A stretch of 64,000 nucleotides of DNA from Catajapyx aquilonaris. Taxonomy: Eukaryota. Shown piece after piece: positions 1 to 11,900 of the stretch (within the stretch, counting starts at the first letter, position 1; the number at the start of each line of letters is the position of its first letter). The stretch is taken from contig KZ538190.1 in NCBI GenBank assembly GCA_000934665.2, positions 1 to 64,000 on the forward strand, read 5' to 3'. Made by a program: the position numbers and the translations under genes. The notes beneath the pieces are model-generated. The model saw only the letters and a program-made list of their open reading frames with translations, did no database searches and was not told the origin of the DNA.

Positions 1-449
1 TAAATCAAAAAAGTCCTCCTGAGATTTTTTTCTATGTGAGGGAAAGGGTCTGAGCTACAACATTATTTAAAAATCGGATTTTTAAAATAGGCGGATTTGT
101 TTTAAAAAAAATTTGAAATTTTGAAAATGGGACAAAATTTTCAAAAAAGTCAAAATGCGAATTTTCAATCCTTAGTCAGATTGGGCTCTCGAATCTCTTC
201 AAAGGGAGCGGTCTACGACGTCTGTAGCTCAATTGGTTCACGAGATATGACCGATTTCTGAAACCCTACCTTCCGAAAATGACGTTTTTTTCGGTGGGCC
301 TATCTCCGGGGAGGGGGGGTAAATCTCAAAACCGCGCAAATGGTATTTTTGAAAGACGTAATTAAAGCGATTCGCAGATTTTCGTCAAAATCTGACAACC
401 CAAGGGTCAATTTTCCTTAAAAGCTCGGTGAATTGACATGGAATGACCC
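1..449. mobile_element. Probable end of a DNA transposon remnant, truncated by the window edge
   Basis: A/T-tract-rich, CpG-retaining block ending abruptly in ...ttgacatggaatgaccc, a TIR-like end resembling arthropod non-autonomous DNA elements. The partner end is not visible. Confidence 0.45.
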
Positions 450-2039
450 CCCTGCATTTCACCCACTTTCTACCCACAACGGACACCCAGAGTGTCTGAA
501 CCTGCATTTAGTAACTCCTTACCTTCTTAGAACCAGTTAATTGAAGGATAAATGAAATTGTTATACGGAATCAGACCAACGTAATAAAGATGATTTTGAA
601 TTACAAGTTATGTCTCTATTACTCTCATAATGAATTTCATTATGCATCACTGATGCTATTAAAATGTGTGTTTTGTAGGACATTTTTGTTAAAGGATTAT
701 GGGGTGAAAGAAATGTTTGTCACATCACATGAGCTTTCATACTACAGTATCTTCACAATAATGTTGTCCCCAGACTTTGCAAGACCTGGCTAATGCACAT
801 TGCCAGTCCCTCACGGAGTAAAAAGATTAAGAAAAAAACAGAGAGGGGGGGAGGATGCTAATAGAGCAGTTATGGTAAAGCACATCACAACGTAAGTGTT
901 CATGTCTGCATCATGCATGCATCCATTTGAATAATTCCTTGGTCCCTGTAACAGTGTAACTCACAAATAAAAATATTTCGCAGGGCCCCGCAACTTGAAG
1001 AATTGCAGGTCAATAAAAGATGCTGGTCACATCATGGCCCTTCTGTTGGCTGTTGCCTAAGTTTCAAGGGCCCTACTCCGTTGGACCGGGAGTGATCACC
1101 ACATTCATTCCACCCTGAAGACAACCCTGAAAACACTCAGTCACATCACAATTAACATAGGTGGGTCCACTGGAAGCATGGGCAAATACAGCTCTAGAAG
1201 AGAAAATCTTGCCTGGTATATCAGGTTATGAATAAAAATGCAGACTTTTACATTCAATACAATTTTCATTTTAAAAATTGGTGTGCATGAAAGGGGGAAT
1301 GAAACTATTTACAAAAAATGCATATGCTGTACAATGGGCAGTTTTTGTTCTTTTTATCCCATTTTGGTGATCACTTTCAGGGGTTTTGTGTGGAGAAGAG
1401 TACCAGATGGCACGTAACATCAATAATTTTCAAAAAAAAGAGAGCAGCTGTGACCTTTTTAGTTGCAAAAACTGAACACTGCTTGGAGTATAAAATAATC
1501 CATCTACTTTCACGGTATGTACTGGCAATAGTTATATTAGCTCTCTATCTCTCTCTCTCTCTCTCTCTCACACTCTCGTTCTCTCGCTCTCATGTGATCA
1601 GTACAATTCGCATATGTGTAATATGTACAGGCACCAACTTCAACATGGAAAAACAAAAATGACGAAAAAAAATAAAACAACTAATTTTTTTTACAGGTGT
1701 CCATACCAGTACTGGTATGTTTCTTGCCACGCACTTGCAAAAGTACATAATAGACATTAACTATATCTTTTTGTTGGACACACGTTGAGATCACATATGG
1801 CCATCGATTGCACATGTCAGTCAGTCAGTCTGTCTGTCTGTCACTACGTGTGAAACACAAAGTTTCCGTGTTGCACTGCGACTGAAACATAAATTAACAA
1901 GAGCGCGATACACACCATTGGTACTGTACACAAAGAAATGCTTTAAATTGTGTCCCTAAACAAATGGATTGTCATGCTTTACCGCTTGTCCTTATAAGGT
2001 GGGATTTATAAAATGAAAATTATGAAGCACTGTCCCTTC

Positions 2040-2549
2040 AGGCCTGTTTCCACTGGGACAAACTATATATAAAAACAATTTTGTCCAAAAGTACAAAAAG
2101 AAAATGCAGAGTGAGTCGCAAACGTATGACCTCACATTATGACACTGCTTCCTGCAGAAAACCTGAATTTAATAAAGCTGAAATTTCTCATTGCCAGGTG
2201 TACATATTCTTAAACATACTCCTGTGAAAAACAACTTAAAACACAGCTGAGGTCAGCAATACAGGCCTGAGTAAAATAACAGGGGGTCAAGTCACCAACA
2301 GCATGGCAGGGAAAGATATGTCTTTTTTAATCTCGTTCCAGGTAGGGGACGAAGCACTCATAGGTCGGCGAACAGGGAAGTTAAATCCCGCTATGTGCCA
2401 CTAGGCCTAGCCAGTGCTGCCATCCTCCCTGGGCAATGACACTATATCCCACACATGAGCGACAGTTTCGGACAAGATATACCAGTGTTAATTCGACTTG
2501 GAGCTTTTATGTTCGGGCTCACTAAAATAGTCCTGGTGGAAACAGGCCT
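2040..2549. mobile_element. Putative non-autonomous DNA transposon with short TIRs (Harbinger-like termini, family uncertain)
   Basis: aggcctgtttccactgggac at 2040 and gtcctggtggaaacaggcct ending at 2549 match 18/20 as inverted repeats. No clean TSD. Confidence 0.6.
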
Positions 2550-2872
2550 TTAGCCTCGTATGTAATTGAGCACTTTCTTCCTGGCAGTTGTCAACCACAT
2601 GTGTTGTAGTACACACACACACACATCACATATGTCCTCTCACCAGCCGCACAAAAATAAATTACACCTACAGTGTGTGTGTAGACTTGGCACGTGATAG
2701 ATCTCGCCTGCTTGGAAATCACTCCAAAAGAGTTTTCTGGGCTTTTAAATTGCACTGATAACAAACACCCACCGTTGCTAAAACGCAAAGGGGAACTGCA
2801 CTCCCTTCTACTTTCTTCTACAACTCTTTTGAAGTATTCCCTGCACAAATTATACTGAACTTAGGGTGGATT

Positions 2873-3039
2873 TCACACAATGATCTCGCGTATGATTCTG
2901 CGGTTGCGTGAATTGGGTGTTGAATATCCACTCTCAAGGGATTCATCAAAAGAGAGAGAGACATGCTGGGTCTTGTTCTCCTCATTCTCCTGCTCTGCGT
3001 ATGGGTCAGGGAGGCCGCTCACATCATGATATGGTGAAT
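2873..3039 (-). CDS. ed: echinoid last coding exon (DSPYHDVSGLPDPY...SFDESLESGYSTPNSRNRRIIREIIV*)
   Basis: Not in the ORF track, translated by hand. Acceptor tttcag with AG at 3041-3040, TGA stop at 2875-2873. Confidence 0.93.
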
Positions 3040-5936
3040 CTGAAAATTATAAAGAAATGCATGAGCACTGCACTACTTGCTGAGCAAATCTATCACAGAT
3101 CTTTGTTGTTTATATATACACAAATTGTCACTACAATACTGAATTTCTTGTTACTCAGAAAGGCAGGTTCCAATGACATACACCCTGGTAAAATTAATTT
3201 TACCAGGGTATATGTCATGGGATATGCTGAATGGAGAATGGAATCAGTTTAAATGATACAAATGTCATGAGTACATGTTGTGCAAACCCACTTCTACTCA
3301 TTAACTGTAAGACAATTCATCACTAATCAACCTTGATCATTCTACTCCCCTTTGCACTGTTCAAGAATTTCTTCTATTCAGTTACAATTATTACATGATG
3401 GACAAGTATATTTCAGATCTATTCACTTCCCTTCTTTTCACAAATTAATCGCCATAGATACAGAATGGAGTGGTCCTCATTACTAGTTCGGAAGTTGCTT
3501 GTTTTGACATAAAATCAAAATGTTGCTACAGTGCCAGTTTCCTATAACATTATGTAGCAATGTATCACAATGCCTTCAAAAATTTCTGAAGTGATGGTGA
3601 GCTAACTACTGCAGTTGACTGCAGTTATATTTGTCACCACTTCTGACAATAGATGCCACCACTGCAACATATTCAGCCTGCAGATTGTGATTACACATTT
3701 CACCTGCAAGCTATAAAGTATTACAACCTGATTTACTTACCCAAGTGAGGCGGAATCCCCTTTCCGGCCTTGTGCACAGTGGCGTATGGATCTCCTCCTG
3801 CTCCTGGTCCTGCCCCGGGCTCATAATCATGTGGGCCACAGTGATTGAGAAACTCTTCCCCAGGATTGGCCAAGTAGTGAGAGTATTCCTCAAAGCCTCC
3901 GTATCCTCCATGTGCAATTGGGTCATAAGCATATGGCCTCTCCTGGTGATGCCCACCACCCACAGCCACAACTCCCTGCCCTCCATCCCCTCCATTACCA
4001 GCAACCCGCTCTGTTCCTCCTCCGCCTTTGACCTGCCAGAGTGAGTCCTGGGAGTTGACTGATCCACCATTATTAGAGTTAGAGTAGCTGTTGTCCATGT
4101 AAGCCATGTTGACACCTCCATTTGGTAAATGTGCATTGGGGTGGTGCGGGAGAGAGCCGTGATAACCATATCCTCCATTTTGGTTTCCATTGTAGGCAGG
4201 ACTCTTGCTCCCATCATCCAGACTGGCGTCCATTGAGTTCTCCAGGCCCTTATTTTCCATGCCACGGGGGTAGTAAGGAGGGGGAGGCTGCTGTGCCACT
4301 ATGTTTGGCCGCACACTGTTTGAAGATAAAACTGCGTATTAGCAAGGATTTATCATTTTTTAAGCAAAAACGTCTACAACGAAGGGTGCTTTGGTACACA
4401 ATAATGGGGATAATACAGGGTGATTATCTCGAATGGAAACACAAACATTCCTCAATAACTTTTTAACTATGGCATGGTTCCCGATGAATATTAACATATA
4501 CTTACCTTGTATCATGCCAAACAAGGTCTGACTAAAGAATATACCAAAAGTGGTCCCCCCCAGCATCCAAGTATTTTTAATTAGAGTCTGCATATTGCCG
4601 AAGACTCCTGCAGAATGGCCAGCGGGAATGGCTCAACTCCCACCCGCCCGCTTGCTTGGTTGGTAAGACGGGATCGCAAGGCCACGGTCCCGTTGCCTTG
4701 AGATACCCCTCTCGCCAAACAGACTGGTGGGTGGGAATGGATGGGATCGCCGCATTCAATCGGCAGGAGTCTTCGGCAATATGCAGACTCTGATTAAAAA
4801 TACTTGGATGCTGGAGGGGAGCACTTTTGGCATATTCTTTAGTCAGACCTTGTTTGGCATGATACAAGGTAAGTACATGTTAATTTTCATCGGGAACCAT
4901 ACCATAGTTAAAAAGTTATTGAGGAATGTTTGGGTTTCCATTCGAGAGAATCACCCAGTAGTAGGATCCAGGGGGAAAAAACATCACCTTCAAAACATCA
5001 CCAGGTCAAGAAATAGGGGAAAAAGCACACAGAAAAAACATCACTAAAAATTTACATCTCCCAGATAATAAATCCCCAATGGTTTCAATTGCTTGCAAAA
5101 TAATAATGATCATAATTAAAACCAAATTTCAAAAAAAAAATGGTTAAGAGAGGTCAGCATGGTTTTACTCGGGGTTTTCCTGCTTCCTCTACAGTCCAAA
5201 AATCTTTCCTCCCCTCTCACCCCCACCTACGCAAGATATCCTGCAGCTTTCGGTACTCTTCTTTTAATGTTTGGAAATGTGATGTTGCGTCCACTGATGT
5301 GTTTAGCCTGGCAATGTAGTTTACTGGGGGCGTTTCGTATATTCTTTTGATCTGGCAATTTTCGCTGGTGATGTCACATAAAAGCAATGGTGTTTCCAGG
5401 AAATATTTTGTCAGTAATGTTTTGTTGTCAATGATTTTTGCCAGGGCCAATAATAGCATATCAGCACCGGACAGCAAATGCACATAAAACTGCACAAAGA
5501 AGATTGGCAGTTTTGGTGAAGACTAGTGTGGAATGGACAACAAGTGAGGAATGTTTCAGTGGGTGAGCACTGCATCTCAGTGACTTATTAGTAAGACTCC
5601 TGATTGTGAGGAGGGCATACTTGCTCCAGATCATGTAAGCAGAAAGTTGAGTGTGGGTTGGAGGGTTGTGACAGACAGTTTGTGCAACGATGCTCATTCA
5701 AATTTACTCACTTGTCTCTGTCAATCATAATGGTATCCTTGACAACAGGAGGGTGCACAAAGAAGAGAATACAAACTAAATTAAGGAGTTGCTTTTAGCT
5801 AAAAGTGAACACCAGAATTTTGCTCACATGACCAACAGCAAGCCGAGATGTCACAATATTAGACTACAGTTCATGTTCTCTCTCTCTCTTGTACCAGTAC
5901 AGGTATTATTATAGACGTCAGGTTTTTTATTGTTAT

Positions 5937-5989
<53 letters not shown>

Positions 5990-8900
5990 GCTATCATTGT
6001 TATCACATCTTACAATCCACTTGAACCATGCATCTTATTAGCACCCATTTGCAAAACCACCTCCTGCAATCTATAATAATTAACTGATTGTGGTACAACC
6101 ACGCCTTCATACCTGGCCTGTGGCTTATTAATATCATTATTCCTCAGGTGCATGAATAATCAACAATTATGCAGTATAACTTGAAGTTCACAAAAACCAG
6201 GCCTATGACACAATGTCAGACGTGCTGGTAAGTGTATAATAACTTTTTGTGGCATTATCCCTGTCAGTGGTGAACATATAAATTGTAGTTTTAATTACTG
6301 TGACATCCCTAGCAGCTATCATCAGCTAACATCAGAATAATCTTCCACACAGGGAGTGTTGGCAGTACTCACGCAGATGCTTCCATCTCAAAGTCCTTCT
6401 TGGTTTTGGGCTTCTTCCGGCAGCAGCATATCACCAGGACAACAGTCACAACAATAAATATGACCACTGCAGCCACAATAATTGCAATGAGGTAGTGAAG
6501 AGGCAAACCAGTAGGGGCATGTGCTGGTATTGCATCGACTGTGGAAGAAAATATACTGGTCAAGCAGGAATTCCACAGTTCCAGCTTCAATTGAATATTT
6601 AAAAATGGAAGTGCAAAAAATTTAGTCACTAAAGCCCAGTGACACCAGTGACTTTGTTTTGAGAAAATGTGAACTAAATATGCAACTACACTTACCAAAT
6701 GCAGCTTCTGCATATTCCCCACACACTGCATCATTGTTCTGCAGGCAGAAACGTATCTTGAGACCTTTTAGTGTCAGTCCTTCAGTAGGCAGCACATGCT
6801 CCTGCTTGCTTGGAGTCACCGGTAGTGCCACAAGTGGCCTCCACTCCTGTGACTGTGAGTATGCAGCACCTTCCCCTTCACCAGTGCTGCTCGGTATGCT
6901 GACCATATCCCCATCCTTTCTGTCCTCCCTGGCCTCCTCCTGCACCTCAATATTGGCCACCAGAGCCAGCCTGGCATTCACTGTTCGGAAACTCAGGACC
7001 CGGCTACGGGGTTCATAGGCAACATACTGTGGCTGTGGAATGCGGGCAGCATCTACTTTGGTGCTGCCGGTCACATTGGTTGAGAACTTGGACACTCCCT
7101 TTAGATTGGCAGCCTTCACCTGTAATAGCGAGTAATTCGTCACAACACTGCTTGAAAAATCAGTTTCAAAGACTGCAGTTCCTTGTGAAATCCCAGATCC
7201 ACTTTAGTGGGGGCTTAACATTGGCCTATTTCTGCCGCTAGGCTCAACACCAATGCCAGGGGGTTCCCAAATCCACTGTCAACTACGTATGCGTAATTTC
7301 CAAGTAATTTCCCTTCCTTCCCCATCCATATGATGTGTGTAACACAATTTTTTTTTACAGGCTACATAATCTCTTTATCTAACTTATAAAAAGTTTTACA
7401 GCATGGACAAATGAGTTTCAAAAGGCAAGTTCTATCATTCCTGTCTGTATCAATTCATGGACACCTCTCACATGATCTTCTAGTGTGGCAAAAAGATATA
7501 CACTACTGGCAAGCCCATAGCATGGGCTTCCCATTGGACTATGAACATGTGCACCACTCAGTACTTCCCACACTTTACGTTCAGAAGAGGCAAAGAAAGG
7601 AGAGACAGCAAGCATACATACATAAATCACAACATTTTCCCATGATGGGATAGCCAGTAGCAAACTCCTCTGAAATTGTTCTGATAGTCTGCCTTTTGAG
7701 ACACACTATATGTCGCTCGCATGTAAGAGAAACCCACCAAGTCCAAAAAAACTAGTTTCAAGATAATAAGAGGCAAATATTATTTTGACCTAGCACTTAT
7801 TTGCATGCTAGCGAAGACAGAACATGCTTGCTGGGTCATTATGAATCTTTAGGACTAAATGGACTTCACCAGACAACAGAGCAGAAAAAATGCGACTAAG
7901 AGGTATAACTAACTCAGAACAGACAAAATTGGACTTAGTGGATTTCACTTGTATGCCAACCAGGTCAACTTTTAATTTTTTAGTACCTTTCTGAAACACT
8001 GTCAGATTGATTGATTAGGCTTTTAATGGCACAAAAGCAGCAATGGCTGTGCTGCACCAAACAGTGTCACGTAGTTCAGGGAAAACACTGTCATAACTTT
8101 CAGATTCAATGGAGAACCTACATTGTTACTTAACGCACCTTAAATATGTATGTCTGCTGCTGTTCCAATCCTGTGACATTGCATGGGTTCAAATCCTGGC
8201 AGTCTGACTCCCTCCAAGATGATGCACCAGGCTTCTGATACTGCACTATAAACATAGTGTTCGGGTATCCTCCATCAAAGCCTCTGTCCCATTGCAGTGT
8301 CACAGTGTCATAGAAAGACTCGGTCACATGCAGACCAGTTGGAGCTTCAGGTGGTCCTTTTGGTTGCAAGCGCACAATAGTCTTCTGTGATCCCAATGGA
8401 TTGACAGCCTTGCAAGTGTAGTCGCCATAGTCACTCTGACGGACACTAACAATGCGGAGGACGCTCTGGTAGACATCCTTCCGCAAGGTGGTGACATTGA
8501 TGGAGTAAGAATGGCGGCCAGTGATAGGAGAGCTGCCCAGGGACCACTCAAAGTTAGGCTGTGGGAAAGCCTGCATTTGGCAAACAACTGATGCACCTTC
8601 GCCTTCATCTGCAGCCACCTTATTGTGCTTGTGGACAACCAATGGAGCATCTGGAATAAAATAGTCAAATTGTACATACTGAGCTACATTGGAACTGACT
8701 TTGGCCCAATTCACCCACTGAAAATCAATATTAAACTGGGAGCACATGATATAAGTGAAGTTATACATTTTGCACATATATGTGCACTAGTGTTCAGTGG
8801 AAAGATGCAGCATTAGATTATGTAAACCAAACATGTCGAGGTGCCATTTTTTAACACAAGGCTTTACTGTGACCTGTAATGGGCTAAGTTACAGGTCATG

Positions 8901-11900
8901 TCACTAGCAATAATTTTTGACTCGTCTGTGAAGTTTATGGGAAATTAATATGTGTGTTGCATTGGCATGCTCCTATATTTAAAACTTACAACGAATGTCA
9001 ACACAACATGTGCCGGCTATTTAAAACGCACAAAAAAAGGAATGGTTGAGGCTGATAATAATTGAAGGGTTTATAATTGAACGTAAGCAGTTAAAATAAA
9101 GGTAGGGGAAGTGCCGAAGGTACAAAGCTACGAGGAACTGCATTGTTTTAAGACCATCGCTGCAGCTACGAAAAGCGGAGATACACCCCAACATAACCTA
9201 CAGCCCTTCAATTATGCCACTCCTGAACCAGTCCCTTTCAGTGTACACCACACAACTTACGCTCAATTCGCAGGAACATTGATGTGTGCTCTCGCTTGAC
9301 CTCATTCTCAAAGGTGCAAGTGTAGTGGCCCCTGTCTGTTGGTACCAACTGGCTTCCCTGCACCCTCCGACTGCCTGCGAATCTCAGTGTGCTCTGGACA
9401 GTGAAGGCACCTGCTCGTCCCTGCGACTCCTCTGTTATAATCTGATACAACGGGCCAGAATGTGGAAGCTCCTTGCCATCCCTCTGCCATCTCACACTGG
9501 GTTTTGGCTTGCCTTGGGCACTGCAGGTGGCACTGAACTCAACGTCACCTGCCCTTCGAACAACTTCTGGTTGAAGCTGGCTGATGATGCGAGGTGGCTG
9601 GTGAACATGGAGAGTCACATTGACCTCAGTACCAACTCCTAATTCATTCGATGGCTGGCAGAAGTAAACGCCCTCGCTGGCTAAACGTGCACTTTGGATG
9701 GTGTACTGCGCTCCAACGGCCAACCGTGTTTCTGATCCTTTTCGCCACCAGCGATACTCCGGAGTGGGCCAACCAGGTGGGTTGGCTCCACACGTTAATG
9801 TAACTGCCGCACCTTCAACTGCTATTGCACGTTCTGGGCTGATCCGGGCCATTCCAGGCAAGTGCTTTACCATCAGCTCCATGGTTGCATTTCCAGTACG
9901 CTCTATTGCAGGACCACTGCTGGGTTTGACCAAGTTGGTTGCTCTGCACATATAAGGTCCAGCATGAGCTGGAGTGACTCTATCCAGTCTCAGGACATCT
10001 CCAGATTGCCTGAAGGCTGGGTCACCAGGTCTCAGCCACTCGACTCGTGCCGCTCTGGGATTGGCCGACACGTTGCAGCGCACCACAATCGACTCCCCTG
10101 AAGAGGCAACTCGGCGAGCTTCAACTGCCACCAGCGGTCCATAGAGAACATCCAGACTAATTTCAGCTTCCCCAACCTGTCCCAACCCATTGTCAGCCGA
10201 GCACACATAAGTGCCTGCATCTTGAAGGCTGACCCGTGGCAAGGTCAGGCTGAAGTCAGTAGCCAGGTAACGTCCAGCACGGGTCCATCTCACACTGCTG
10301 ACTGCTGGCTTCGAGTCCACATTGCAGGTCAGGCGGGCAGTATGTCCTTTCTCCACTCGTAGCGGGCTCTCTGGACCCACTGTCACGCGCGGGTAATCTG
10401 CAATTGAAGTGTTGTTGTTGTGGTTGTTGTGTTGCATTCACTGGACAATCACATGGGCTGAACACAAGCTGTTAGCTGGGATGGAGAGTTGTGGTTGTGA
10501 AGCATTGACCATGCAGCCACATGGCTTTTGTGTATGCCCTATACTGTAATGCTGGTGGGGATCTGGGATTAAACGTTGCTGTGGTTGTGATGCATTGACT
10601 AGAGTCACATGGCTCTGGTGCAGCCCCTGTGGCCTGCACTGTATAAGCTACTCAGGTGGGAATCAGGGATTTAATATGCGGTTATTGTGTTTCATTCATA
10701 GGGCTGCCATATGGCACACTGCTATATATTTTTCGAGAGTTGTGGTTGTTGCTGTGTACAGGCCAGTCAATTTTTTTTGAATGCACGTACTATTGACTGG
10801 TATTGACCAAGTTCCTCATTGCGGGTTTTCTTCTCCATTAATTTTTCACCGCTTATTCCCAGGACCTCTTATGTTTGATTAAAGACAGTTGGACTGTGGC
10901 ATGACACGAACCACTTTTCCTCCTATAACGAGCCAGTGCGGACTTTTTCACTTTCCATAGATTGTCGATTCCCACTCCCCACCCAACCCAGCACACCCTC
11001 CTCCTCCCCCAGCGACCAAACCAATGCGCACAAAAATCCGTAGAATCGTTAATCAGGGAGGGGATTTTTGTGCAGGCATCCTCCGCAAAAGGAAACCTCA
11101 AATCGGCCAATTGGACCGAAACGGCCATTCCGATCGGACCTGGAAAACCATATCCCTCTGTGTTGTTTCCCCCTTTATGACGGTTGTCACAGGACCTGCT
11201 GGAATAGACGGGAGGGAGAGGGGAGGAGGGAGGATAGCTCAGGGATGACGGTGGTGGCGGTGGTGGTCGGAGGGGAGGCATGAAATTCCGAGGGCCCATC
11301 CATCATGACAACGACTAATTCAATTACAGCCAGCCCTTTAAACTTTAATGGCCAATGGAAACTCCATTTATGGGTTCAAAGGTGACCCAAGTTTGAAGAA
11401 TCCAGTGAAGTTAATGGCACACACGTGTTAGATGAGGCGGAGTAGATTGACACATTAGGGCGCGGTCCAGATTGCAAGTATTAAATATAATAATAATAAT
11501 CGGTTCTACTCGGCGTTCCAGGCGCGACTTGAATCGGGAATGCAAGACTTTGTCAACACAGGCTTTGTACCACCCCCTTTTCCACTGGTCCATTATGCTA
11601 ATTACATGTTGGGGCCAGCTTTTCCCACCAATAATCCATCGGAACCGATTCCTATTGGTTTCCGTTTGGTAAGAAGGACCACAGTGTTGTGGCCGTGGAT
11701 GAGCATATTTGGTGACCAAACACCAACCTGATGATCAAGTTGGAGGACACCGGTCCGACCCTAATTCGATATTTCATTACGATAATGGAAGCAAAAATGA
11801 GGTGGTTTTTCCAGGAGAATTATTCATAACGGGGTTGGAAGGAGAAGTGAGTCCCAACATCGGGAGTGACATGTTGGAAGAATGATGGCCAGCCTACCCC

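Noticed and set aside
583..2660. Several + strand AATAAA hexamers suggesting a convergent gene end
   Set aside because: Expected in AT-rich sequence, and no + strand exon is visible.
3711..4466. Alternative-frame and antisense ORFs overlapping the cytoplasmic exon
   Set aside because: Shadows of the real exon, with no independent protein features.
4360..5047. Two near-identical ORFs on opposite strands (MQTLIKNTWML...)
   Set aside because: They are translations of the two arms of the MITE, not duplicated genes.
10419..10750. Repeat-spacer appearance resembling a CRISPR array
   Set aside because: Repeats are degenerate, the intervening sequences are partly related, the context is a eukaryotic intron and there are no cas genes.
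10853..11299. 148-aa Pro-rich minus-strand ORF
   Set aside because: Low-complexity sequence. The Ig2-Ig3 junction is already continuous without it.
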